In this document: in pieces, positions 29,287 through 38,442 of the stretch
Layout of the letters: every line of letters starts with the position of its first letter
Numbering within the stretch: position 1 is the stretch's first letter
Assembly: GCA_044220535.1 (NCBI GenBank)
Contig: JBGAQU010000002.1
Span: 1,197 to 65,196 of the forward strand
Direction of reading: 5' to 3'
Origin: Alphaproteobacteria bacterium
GTDB lineage: Bacteria; Pseudomonadota; Alphaproteobacteria; Micavibrionales; Micavibrionaceae
Length of the DNA stretch: 64,000 nt
Notes under the pieces: model-generated
The model's input: the letters and a program-made list of their open reading frames with translations, nothing else
The model's database searches: none
Told to the model about the DNA's origin: nothing
Program-made: the position numbers and the translations under genes

Positions 29287-32200
29287 TTAGATGCCATTAT
29301 CGCCACAGGATGCGATTGCGCTTAAATTCTGGCTGATATCGCCGCCGTAGCTGTAAGTCGCGGCGTTGCCGTTATCCAAACCGGCCAAAGCGGTGCCCAG
29401 GCAAGAGGACGGATTGCTTTCGCCCGCCGCCGGTTCAATATCCGCCGGATTGGTCGGGCCGTTTCCACCCGCCGCCGGTTCGATATTGGCGAGGTTGAAC
29501 GGCTGGGTCGGAGGCGGCAACTGGCCGCCCGGCAGGCCGGTGATGGTCAGGTTCAGACCGTTGCCCGGAACGTTAAAGCCCGCGAACTGGTTGAATACGT
29601 CTTCTTCACCGAAGGTCGTGGCGCCCGTATCGTCCGGCGCGCGCAGGCCGAAGAAGAACAGGCCGACGGTCGGGTCGTCAACATAGTGGAAGATCTTCGC
29701 CTCTATCGCGTCGTATTCCGCCTGGCTCAGGAAGTCAGGGATCGAGGCCGGGTTGATGCCGTCGAAGGTCGCATGATAGCCATCCAGCAGGGTCGGCGTG
29801 CCCGGCGCGAAAAAGGCGCCGTTGCCCAGCTGCACATAGTATTGCGATTGGTTGTTGAACACGCTGGTGCCAATGGTGTCGCCGACCAGGTTCATGCCCG
29901 CGAAGCTGCCTTCACCGTCCAGGTCGAACGGCAGGAACAACATGCCGACCTGGCCGTTGTTGAAGCTGTTCGACGCGCCTGTCAGGTCGATCTCGCCGCT
30001 TTCGAAGCGCGCGCCGACCGGGTTGCCGGTAAAGCTGTTGCCGGTCAGGATCACGGATCCGTTATTCGGGCCCTTCACAAACAGGCCGTTGGCGCCGCTG
30101 TTGGTCACGACGTTGGATGCAATGGTCGCCACATCCAGCCCGTCTGTGACGATGCCGCTTTGCGGCGCGCCGTCGACGGTCAGGTTGTTGCTGATGATGG
30201 TCTGGTAATCGCTTTCATCATCGTTCAGCAGCGCGAACGGCAGGAATTCAGGGAAGGATTCATTGCCGCCTTCATCTGTATCCTCGTCATCCTGCTTCTG
30301 GGATTTCACGGCAACCACGATGTTGTTCGCGCCGCCTTCGAAACCGTCAGAGAAGGTCGTGGTATTGCCGTCAACCAGCGAACGGTTGACGTCCAGGACT
30401 TCGATGTTGTTGTTCGCGGAGTCGGTAACGGTGTTGCCGGTGATTTTGGTGACGCTGAAATCACCATATTCATCTTCATCGTCACCTTCGTCGTCGCCTT
30501 CATCCGGCGGCAGGGTAATGACGCCATTATCGACCACGATGCCATCGCCATAGGTATATTCATCTTCATAGTCATCGCCTTCGAAGCTTGAACCTTCGGT
30601 GTAGCCGTTCAGGACCGATTGGCCTGCATTGCTTACCGTGTTGCCGCTGATCAGGCTCCAGTCGCTGTAATAGACGTCAATGCCGTCGCCGCCGGTCGTA
30701 TCGACCGTGTTGCCGGTGATTTTGACGCTGTAATCATCATCCGACAGATCACCGAAGCTGGTGAATTCGTCGTTGTCGAAGATGCCGGTTTCTTCGACAT
30801 GGATGCCGTCACCCGTGCCCCAGCCATACTGGACATCATCCGGGACCAGCCCGTCGATGAAGGAAATCAGCGCGCCTTTAGCGAATTTCGGCGTGTAGTT
30901 GGCATTGAAGAACAGGCCTTTGACAGCATCGGCCAGCGTGGTGTCAAGGGTCAGGACCGTATCGACACTGGTGCTGTTGATGCCGTTCATGCCAACCGTG
31001 TTATCGCTGATGGTCGTCGCACCGCTTTCACGGACTTCGATACCATCCCCACCCGTGTATTTGACCTTATTGCCGCTGATCAGGACAGATTGCGCGCCGG
31101 TGTCTTCTTCGGCGTAGACGGACGGTTTGATTTTCTCGTTGAAGGCGGGTTGTTGTTCGGTATTGCCTTCGTCATCGCCATCATCCGTGTCTTCTTCGTT
31201 CTGCGTATAGGTATGGGAGTTTTCAACATGAATGCCATCGCCATTGCCCCAGTTCAGGGTCGTGCCGGATTCATCGGTCAGGACCAGATCCTGAAGGAAA
31301 TCAGGGTTGAATGTCGGCAGTTCGCGCGGGTAGTCCGTATCCCCGCCTTCATCATCGCCGAACGTCCAGTTCAGGAAGTTGGTGCCGGTCAGGGCGACTT
31401 CGTTGTCCGTGATCGAAACCGCACCGGTATCCTTCGTGAAGATGCCGTGACGCTGGGTCAGGAACACCTGGTTGCCGGAGATATCGACAGGCGTTTCAAC
31501 CGAACCGTCCAGTCCGACATTGGTCACGCTGATGCCGTCAAAACCGGCCAGGGCGACGATGTTGCCCGTGATGGTCGTGTTGGTTCCGCCATCGACCGCG
31601 ATGCCGTTGCTGCCAGTATTGAAGACCGTGTTCTTTTCGATCAGGCTGTTATCCGAATCCACCGCTTCGACGCCGTTTTTGCCGTTGTCATGCAACAGGT
31701 TGGACTGGATCTTCGCGTTGTCGCTGTCTTTCAGCAAGATACCGTCCTGGCCCGTCTGATGAATCTGGCTGAAATCCACCAGCGCGTCATCGGCGTTCTG
31801 CAGGTTGATGCCGTTGCCCGTCAGCTTGTCCGCGCGGTTGAAGCGCAAAGATGCGTGACCGCTGTCTTTCACCTGGATGCCGTCGCCGGTCAGGTTTTCC
31901 GTGACGTTGTGGCCCAGGCTGGCATAGTCGCTGTCCAGGACCAGGATGCCGTGAATGGCTTCCATGACGCGGTTGCGGTTCAGGATCGCGCCCGTGGCGG
32001 CGTTGGCGCCGTCCACGTTCAGGATAACGATGCCGTTGGTCGATACTTTATTGATCAGGTTTTTATTCAGCGCGATGGTATTGCCGCCCTCTACCGATAT
32101 GCCGACCTTGGCATGTGTGATCTTGTTGCTGAAGATATTCGGATCCGGATCCTGCGTACCGATGGTCATGTTGCTGGAATCACGGGTGTGAATACCGGTT

Positions 32201-34929
32201 TTGACGACATCCTGGATCGTGTTTTTCACAACGGTCGCGCCGTTGGAATTCACCAGTTTGATGCCGTCGCCTTTGATGTTGGCCGCGCCCTTGCTGACAC
32301 CGTTGACATCGGAGCCGACGAAGTTATTGGTGATGGTCGCGCCGTTCGACTTGGACAGGTCGATGCCATCGCCGCCGGTGGACCAGATGTAGTTGTCGCC
32401 GATCAGCGCATCATTGCTCAGGATCAGGCGGATGCCGTCGCCGCCGACTTTGGCGGACCGGTTATAACGCAGGGATGTATTGTCGCTGTTGTTGACAAAA
32501 ATGCCGTCGCCTGTCGCCGTCTCCACGATGTTGTGACCCAGGGAAGCGAAATCGCTGCTGAGAATGCTGATGCCATTCTGGCTTTCCATGACGCGGTTGC
32601 GGTTCAGGACAGCGCCGTTGGTCAGATTGGTGCCGTTGACGCCGCTGATCAGGATGCCTGTCGTGTCGATTTTGTAGATCAGGTTTTTGTTCAGCGTGAC
32701 CTTGGTGCCGCCATTCACGGAAATACCCGTGCCGGCTTTGCTGATGACGTTGCTGAAAATGCTTGGGTCGGCAACTTGCACGCCCAGCGTCAGGTTGCTG
32801 GAATTCTTTGTGGCGATGCCGGTTTTGGCGACATCGATGCGGTTGTCGATCACCGTGCCGTCATTCGAGGTATCAAGGAAGATCGCGCGGTCGCTGGAAT
32901 TGGTGATGACGTTGTTTTTCAGCGTCACGCCTTTTGCATGATCGACGACGATACCGTCGCTCGCACCGTCAATGGCGACACCATCAACCGTCGCGTTGTC
33001 GGCGGTGACGACGATGCCCGGGGAATGCGGGGTGATTTTTGTTTCACCCGTGCCGCGGGAGGCATCGTTACCATGCACGCCGGACTGGGCGCCGTTCAAA
33101 GTCACGTTTTTGGTGCGTATGGTCAGGTCTTCATCATAGGTGCCTGCGGCCGCGTTGACCGTACCGCCCAGCTTGTCGTTAACCACATCCAGGCCCTGCT
33201 GGATTTTCGCGGAGTCGGACAGGACGTTCACCGTGCCGGCGGTGCCGGACAGGCGGTTGTGATCCAGCAATTCAACCGAACCGCCGTTCAGGCCGCTGAT
33301 GGTCGAATCCAGGTTTACGGTGTCGGCCTTCACCAGCACGTTGCCCGTACCCATGGTCAGGTCTTTGTTGAAATTGACGGTTTTCGAATCCAGAACCAGA
33401 TTGCCGTCGGTCGTGCCCTTATGGTTCACGGTCTTAAACTGCGGGATGTGGAATTTGTTGAAACCGGTGAATTCCAGTGTGTTGTAATCGTAATGGCTGA
33501 CATCGATATCGCCATCGCCGATCAGCTGAGCGCCCAATACGTTAATATTAAGGTCAGTACCGACATCAATATATTTAGTGGCCTGGACCGTAACGGTTTT
33601 GTTCAGGGACAGGTTTTTCGCCAGAACCTTGTCGCTCATCGCATAGCCGAGCAGATAGGTGTCATCCAGAATGCCGGTATGGATAATGGTGAACAGAGGA
33701 TCGATCAGCAGGGAGCCCGCGTCGCCGTTCGCGGCGGTGGTGTCCACCAGGCCGCTGAAGCCGAATAAATTGCCGGAAGATACTTCGACAAAACCGCCAT
33801 TGCCGGATTCCGCGCCGCCCGTTGCGAAGACATAACCGTTGAACAGGCCGTTGTTGTCACCTTTCATGATGACGGTGCCACCATTGCCGTTATCCCAGGC
33901 ATTGGCCAGGACAACCGAATCCTGCGTGGTTTCGACGTCATGGCCGGTCACTTCAACCGAACCGCCGCCGTTTTTGCTGCTGGCGTCCACCAGGCCGGAT
34001 ACTTTCACCTTACCGGCATTGCCGCCTTTCAGGATGATCTTGCCGCCCTGTACAGTTGCGGACGCAGCGCTGACGATGCCTTTGGTGTTGATCACGTCAT
34101 CAACAACATCGTTCGCGGCAGACGCGGTCATCAGGACCGTGCCGCCTTCGGCATTGATGCTGCCGGTGTTTTCGATCAGCGCTTTGGATTTTTTGCCGTC
34201 AACCGCGATTTCGACCAGGCCGTCGCCGTACAGATCGACCGTCGCGCGTTCGCCGCCGGCGGCCAGCGCCACTTTGCCAACGCGCGCGTTGATCACGCCT
34301 GCGTTCTTCACAGTCGGCGCGACCAGCGCGACCAGACCGGCATCCGATGCATTGATGGTGCCTTCATTGACGACCGCGCCATTGCCGAAGTTTTTCAGCT
34401 CGATGTTCTGATCGCCGTTCATGACGGAATCGTTATCGACATCGCCCGTGGAGGCGACGATGCTGTTGACGTCGATGACGGCGTTCTTGCCGAACAAGAC
34501 GCCGTTTTTATCCAGCACCATGACCTTGCCGTTGGCTTTCAGCGTGCCGAGGATCTGCGCAGGGTCTTCGCCCTTGCCGACCACGCGGTTGACGGCCAGC
34601 GCGTTGGATGACGGCTGGAAGAATTCTGTCTTGGCATTTTCGCCGATATTGAAGGACTGCCAGTCGATGACGACGCGATCCGTGCTCTGGTTGATGTTCA
34701 GGACGCCAAGATCAGGGCGGTCGAATGAAGCCGCGCCGCCCACGACCTGTTCGCCCATCGGCGTTTCCAATGCATCGACCGGGTCTGCTTTCGCGGATGC
34801 GCCCATCGCCACAAGGCTGGCCGCTGCCAGGGCCGTGGTCGCGAGAAGGCGCGTGCGTTTGCGTTTACCAGACTGAACCGATTGGCCGCCGACGAACTTG
34901 GTCATGTATTGCTCCTGCATAAAAATCAT
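29287..34929 (-). CDS. giant TpsA-type exoprotein: filamentous-haemagglutinin N-terminal (TPS) domain plus long parallel beta-helix (PbH1/CASH-like) repeat region
   Basis: Extended signal peptide (KRKRTRLLATTALAAASLVAMGASAKA). TPS domain: LNINQSTDRVVIDWQSFNIGENAKTEFFQPSSNALAVNRVVG...ILGTLKANGKVMVLDKNGVLFG. Dozens of ~22-aa beta-helix turns carry GDGI/NGI motifs. Single intact 1880-aa ORF. Confidence 0.85.
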   Translation of the reverse strand: MIFMQEQYMTKFVGGQSVQSGKRKRTRLLATTALAAASLVAMGASAKADPVDALETPMGEQVVGGAASFDRPDLGVLNINQSTDRVVIDWQSFNIGENAKTEFFQPSSNALAVNRVVGKGEDPAQILGTLKANGKVMVLDKNGVLFGKNAVIDVNSIVASTGDVDNDSVMNGDQNIELKNFGNGAVVNEGTINASDAGLVALVAPTVKNAGVINARVGKVALAAGGERATVDLYGDGLVEIAVDGKKSKALIENTGSINAEGGTVLMTASAANDVVDDVINTKGIVSAASATVQGGKIILKGGNAGKVKVSGLVDASSKNGGGSVEVTGHDVETTQDSVVLANAWDNGNGGTVIMKGDNNGLFNGYVFATGGAESGNGGFVEVSSGNLFGFSGLVDTTAANGDAGSLLIDPLFTIIHTGILDDTYLLGYAMSDKVLAKNLSLNKTVTVQATKYIDVGTDLNINVLGAQLIGDGDIDVSHYDYNTLEFTGFNKFHIPQFKTVNHKGTTDGNLVLDSKTVNFNKDLTMGTGNVLVKADTVNLDSTISGLNGGSVELLDHNRLSGTAGTVNVLSDSAKIQQGLDVVNDKLGGTVNAAAGTYDEDLTIRTKNVTLNGAQSGVHGNDASRGTGETKITPHSPGIVVTADNATVDGVAIDGASDGIVVDHAKGVTLKNNVITNSSDRAIFLDTSNDGTVIDNRIDVAKTGIATKNSSNLTLGVQVADPSIFSNVISKAGTGISVNGGTKVTLNKNLIYKIDTTGILISGVNGTNLTNGAVLNRNRVMESQNGISILSSDFASLGHNIVETATGDGIFVNNSDNTSLRYNRSAKVGGDGIRLILSNDALIGDNYIWSTGGDGIDLSKSNGATITNNFVGSDVNGVSKGAANIKGDGIKLVNSNGATVVKNTIQDVVKTGIHTRDSSNMTIGTQDPDPNIFSNKITHAKVGISVEGGNTIALNKNLINKVSTNGIVILNVDGANAATGAILNRNRVMEAIHGILVLDSDYASLGHNVTENLTGDGIQVKDSGHASLRFNRADKLTGNGINLQNADDALVDFSQIHQTGQDGILLKDSDNAKIQSNLLHDNGKNGVEAVDSDNSLIEKNTVFNTGSNGIAVDGGTNTTITGNIVALAGFDGISVTNVGLDGSVETPVDISGNQVFLTQRHGIFTKDTGAVSITDNEVALTGTNFLNWTFGDDEGGDTDYPRELPTFNPDFLQDLVLTDESGTTLNWGNGDGIHVENSHTYTQNEEDTDDGDDEGNTEQQPAFNEKIKPSVYAEEDTGAQSVLISGNKVKYTGGDGIEVRESGATTISDNTVGMNGINSTSVDTVLTLDTTLADAVKGLFFNANYTPKFAKGALISFIDGLVPDDVQYGWGTGDGIHVEETGIFDNDEFTSFGDLSDDDYSVKITGNTVDTTGGDGIDVYYSDWSLISGNTVSNAGQSVLNGYTEGSSFEGDDYEDEYTYGDGIVVDNGVITLPPDEGDDEGDDEDEYGDFSVTKITGNTVTDSANNNIEVLDVNRSLVDGNTTTFSDGFEGGANNIVVAVKSQKQDDEDTDEGGNESFPEFLPFALLNDDESDYQTIISNNLTVDGAPQSGIVTDGLDVATIASNVVTNSGANGLFVKGPNNGSVILTGNSFTGNPVGARFESGEIDLTGASNSFNNGQVGMLFLPFDLDGEGSFAGMNLVGDTIGTSVFNNQSQYYVQLGNGAFFAPGTPTLLDGYHATFDGINPASIPDFLSQAEYDAIEAKIFHYVDDPTVGLFFFGLRAPDDTGATTFGEEDVFNQFAGFNVPGNGLNLTITGLPGGQLPPPTQPFNLANIEPAAGGNGPTNPADIEPAAGESNPSSCLGTALAGLDNGNAATYSYGGDISQNLSAIASCGDNGI

Positions 34930-35219
34930 CGAAACCCCGCCGCGCCGTTCGCGGACCCCTAGGGTATTGTTCTTTAATAAAACGTTAAGACGCTCTTATA
35001 TGCTGAAATCGGAACATTTGCAACAAATGAATTAAGTAAAATATTTAATGCTCTGCAACATGTACGGAAACAATTGAAAATATGGGAAGAAACTTTCTTA
35101 AACACCTGAATTAAGGTTTATTATCTATTGAGGGAAACCGCAGATTTTAAACGGATGCGTTGCTTATATTCTGAAAAATTTAATCCCGTTTTCTGACAAA
35201 TTTTAGAGCCAAAGGGGTT

Positions 35220-37193
35220 TTAAAAATTAATGGCGCTGGAGCGTGCGCCGGCATGCCAGCGTTGATGCCATGCCTGGAACATCAGCACGGTCCAGAGGCG
35301 CCCGGCATGATGATGATGCCCCTTCAGATACGCATCCCATTCCGCCGTGACCATGGCAGGATCGAGCCAGCCATCCTGTTTAAGCAAGACAGGATCAAGG
35401 AGGCTCTGCGCCCAGTCACGCAAGGGGCCGCGCAGCCAGTGCTCGACGGGAACGGAGAAGCCCTGTTTCGGGCGATCGAACATCGCCAGCGGCACGTGCC
35501 GCGCCAGAACCTGCCGCAACAACCATTTGCCCGTCATGCCGTTTCGACCCTGCCGGATCTTGAACCGCATGGGCAGAGACCAAGCATATTCGGCGATGCG
35601 GTGATCAAGCAGCGGCGCGCGCATTTCCAGCGACACCGCCATGCTGGCGCGGTCGGCTTTCACCATCAGGTCGTTGGGCAGATAGGACAGCATGTCGTAA
35701 TAGATCATCTGTTCCGGCAGGTTCAGCCCTTTCGGCTGCCAGGCGGAATCGGTCAGCGGGATCGATGGTACAGGCCCATCCTTCATCGCCAGCGCATCGG
35801 CATTCCGCCAGTGATCGACCTGCGCGGTATAGAGGTCGCGATGATCTTTCGTCTCCAGAAGTTCCGAAAATTTCCAGGCGCGGCGGCCCAGCTGCGGATG
35901 GCGGGGGATAAGGCGGTCCCATCTGTCCTGCGGCATCGAACGGATCATCCGGGCCAGATGCGCCCTGGCTGGCCGCGGCATCCAGCCGACACGCGACCAC
36001 AGGCCGGGCACCATGAAATGCCGCAAATATCCGCCCAGCATTTCATCGCCGCCATCGCCGGACAGCGCGACCGTCACATCGCTCCGCGCGAATTTTGAAA
36101 CCAGATAAGTCGGGATTTGCGATGCGTCGGCGAAGGGTTCGTCGTAGATATCCGGCAAGGACGGGATGACATCGATGGCATCTTTCGATTCGACATAGAG
36201 TTCATGGTGATCGGCGCCGAGATGGTTTGCGATGTTCGCGGCATGCGCCGCCTCATCATAGCCTTTCTCCCGGAAACCAATAGAGTAGGTTTTAACCGGG
36301 CGTTGGCTTTGTTGCTGCATCAGTGCAACAATAACGCTGGAATCAATACCGCCTGACAGGAATGCGCCGAGCGGCACATCGGACATCATGCGTTCGGATA
36401 CGCATTTTTTCAGAAGTGTTTCGAATTCATCCGTAATCTCCGCATCCGTGCCGTCATGCATATGCCGCCTTGAATCTTCCACCACGCGCGGCAGATTCCA
36501 GTACGGTTCCATCAATGCCGGCAGATCCGCGCCGGGCTGAAGCCCGTCTATTTTCAAGCTGAGGCGGCAGCCGGGCAGAAGCTGCCAGACACTTTTGTAA
36601 ATACTGTGCGGCGCGGGAACGGAGGCGTAGCGCAAATAAAGCGACAGGCTGCCACGATCAATCTCCGCCTTGAAATCTTTGTGTGCATGAAAGGCTTTCA
36701 GTTCAGAGGCAAAGATGAGTTGTTGTCCGGCCCATCCGACATAAAGCGGTTTCTTTCCAATGCGGTCGCGCACCAGATGCAGGACGCGATCCTTTTCATC
36801 CCACAGGCCGAAGGCGAACATACCCGCGATACGTTGGAGGGCGGCGTTGACGCCCCACTGGTCGCAGGCGGCCAGCAGGATCTCCGTGTCAGACCGGCCG
36901 CGGAACCTGACCTGATGCTGTTCCAGTTCGCTGCGCAGATCGGGAAAATTATAAATCTCGCCATTATAGGTGATGATGTAACGGCCGGAGCCGGAGCGCA
37001 TCGGCTGCGCGCCCTCCGGTGACAGATCGACGATGGCGAGGCGGCGGTGACCGAATGCAACGCGGCTGTCCGTGTTCGCCCAGACACCATCGGCATCCGG
37101 ACCGCGATGGGCCAGCACCTTCGTCATACGCTCAACCGTTGCGGTCAGCGTGCCGTCATTACTTACCGCCGCCAGCCCGGCTATGCCGCACAT
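35220..37193 (-). CDS. asnB: asparagine synthase (glutamine-hydrolysing) family amidotransferase, polysaccharide-locus type
   Basis: N-terminal MCGIAG Ntn glutaminase nucleophile and the SGGIDSS PP-loop motif, 657 aa. Confidence 0.9.
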   Translation of the reverse strand: MCGIAGLAAVSNDGTLTATVERMTKVLAHRGPDADGVWANTDSRVAFGHRRLAIVDLSPEGAQPMRSGSGRYIITYNGEIYNFPDLRSELEQHQVRFRGRSDTEILLAACDQWGVNAALQRIAGMFAFGLWDEKDRVLHLVRDRIGKKPLYVGWAGQQLIFASELKAFHAHKDFKAEIDRGSLSLYLRYASVPAPHSIYKSVWQLLPGCRLSLKIDGLQPGADLPALMEPYWNLPRVVEDSRRHMHDGTDAEITDEFETLLKKCVSERMMSDVPLGAFLSGGIDSSVIVALMQQQSQRPVKTYSIGFREKGYDEAAHAANIANHLGADHHELYVESKDAIDVIPSLPDIYDEPFADASQIPTYLVSKFARSDVTVALSGDGGDEMLGGYLRHFMVPGLWSRVGWMPRPARAHLARMIRSMPQDRWDRLIPRHPQLGRRAWKFSELLETKDHRDLYTAQVDHWRNADALAMKDGPVPSIPLTDSAWQPKGLNLPEQMIYYDMLSYLPNDLMVKADRASMAVSLEMRAPLLDHRIAEYAWSLPMRFKIRQGRNGMTGKWLLRQVLARHVPLAMFDRPKQGFSVPVEHWLRGPLRDWAQSLLDPVLLKQDGWLDPAMVTAEWDAYLKGHHHHAGRLWTVLMFQAWHQRWHAGARSSAINF

Positions 37194-37268
37194 GATGAAT
37201 CCAGTGGTTTGAAAGTTGCTGCAACGCAGCTTTGCCAGATTTTAAGGAATCTTGGCTACTATGAAAAT

Positions 37269-37589
37269 ATGGATATCATGCTTCATATCGGACAGGACGG
37301 GCGCTTTGCCCTGACATGCGACGGTGTGTTCGACAGCCTGATCGAAAGCATAGATCTGCATTGCGCCCATAGTATGCTGTCGATCAAGTTCAGCGACTCA
37401 CCAGACCCCGTCATGATGAACTGCCCCGTCGACCCGGGCAGCATCCAGACATTGATGGAACAGCATGTCTGCGCCATCGGTTTCTTTTTAGGGCGCGAAC
37501 TGGCAGGCGCAGTCTATGTGCCGTTCAAGGTGCATTTTTATGAAAGCGGCGATCTGGATGATTCCGACCGCAGGAGGGTATTGCAATGA
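37269..37589 (+). CDS. hypothetical protein (106 aa)
   Basis: This is the part of ORF 37047-37589 that does not overlap asnB, starting at MDIMLHIG. The SD is weak. It is translationally coupled (ATGA) to the next ORF. No family recognised. Confidence 0.4.
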   Translation: MDIMLHIGQDGRFALTCDGVFDSLIESIDLHCAHSMLSIKFSDSPDPVMMNCPVDPGSIQTLMEQHVCAIGFFLGRELAGAVYVPFKVHFYESGDLDDSDRRRVLQ

Positions 37590-37819
37590 CAATGCGCTCC
37601 GCAGAGCAGGATCTCCTCAATATATTAAGCACTCCTTTATATTGCCAGCGTGTCAATGACGGTACGATTGGCAATGACGGTTTGGACAGCCGTGTATCTG
37701 ACAGGCCCGGAAATACGATCGGCAGGCAGGCAGGATATTATGAAGGCCTGGCCAAGACACTTCAGGCACAAGAAAACACCCCCGCCATTGCGTTGCGTAT
37801 TGTAAAGCCTTCCATCTAA
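37586..37819 (+). CDS. hypothetical protein (77 aa)
   Basis: Strong SD (AGGAGGG 8 nt upstream). The ATG overlaps the upstream stop, and a REP hairpin follows directly. Confidence 0.5.
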   Translation: MTMRSAEQDLLNILSTPLYCQRVNDGTIGNDGLDSRVSDRPGNTIGRQAGYYEGLAKTLQAQENTPAIALRIVKPSI

Positions 37820-37829
37820 AACTCTCAAT

Positions 37830-37857
37830 CGTCATCCCGGCGAAGGCCGGGACGACG
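37830..37857. repeat. single REP-like hairpin (CGTCATCCCGGCGAAGGCCGGGACGACG)
   Basis: Same unit as at 22770 and 50292, here as a lone hairpin 11 nt after a stop codon. It may act as a terminator. Confidence 0.75.
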
Positions 37858-37936
37858 GTAATTTAATTGGAACGCATCTTGACCCGCTGCGTTTGTGGTC
37901 ATAGATATTTAAGATCATCAACTTGACAGGTGCAGC

Positions 37937-38404
37937 ATGGAAAAACCCGCTTATATGAAGGGCAAGGACAACAAGGCCGTCGTGGAAGGCCTGACCGGCA
38001 TTCTGGCCGACACATTCGTCCTGTATTACAAAACCCATACATTCCACTGGAACGTGGTGGGCGAAAACTTCAAGGCGCTGCACGAATTGTTTGAAGAACA
38101 ATATAATGAGCTGTGGACCTTCACCGATGAAGTGGCGGAACGGATCCGCGCACTGGACGCCAATGTGCCGATTAACCTGACAGAGTTGAAAAAACACGCG
38201 AGCCTTCAGGAAACCGGACAGATTCCGGATGCCATGGCGATGGTGGAACAGCTGGCGAATGACAATGCAGAGATCGTCAATGTGATTTTCCCCGTGATCC
38301 GCAAATGCCAGGATGCAGGCGATGAAGGTTCGGTCGATATGCTGAACAAACGTGTCCAGGTCCATGAAAAGGCCGCCTGGATGCTGCGCAGTATTGCGAA
38401 ATAA
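37937..38404 (+). CDS. dps: DNA starvation/stationary-phase protection protein
   Basis: LADTFVLYYKTHTFHWNVVGENFKALHELFEEQY ferritin-like ferroxidase signature, 155 aa. Confidence 0.93.
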   Translation: MEKPAYMKGKDNKAVVEGLTGILADTFVLYYKTHTFHWNVVGENFKALHELFEEQYNELWTFTDEVAERIRALDANVPINLTELKKHASLQETGQIPDAMAMVEQLANDNAEIVNVIFPVIRKCQDAGDEGSVDMLNKRVQVHEKAAWMLRSIAK

Positions 38405-38412
38405 ACATTAAT

Positions 38413-38440
38413 CGTCATCCCGGCGAAGGCCGGGATGACG
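38413..38440. terminator. REP-like hairpin acting as a probable bidirectional terminator between dps and mltG
   Basis: CGTCATCCCGGCGAAGGCCGGGATGACG (perfect 12-bp stem) followed by TTTATTTTT. Sits between convergent stops at 38404 and 38443. Confidence 0.65.
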
Positions 38441-38442
38441 GT

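Noticed and set aside
30619-33768. 1049-aa plus-strand ORF inside the giant exoprotein gene, plus the shorter ones at 29686-30591 and 33940-34611
   Set aside because: They are antisense shadows of the repetitive beta-helix gene. They have no start-site signals, and their composition is a mirror image of the sense strand.
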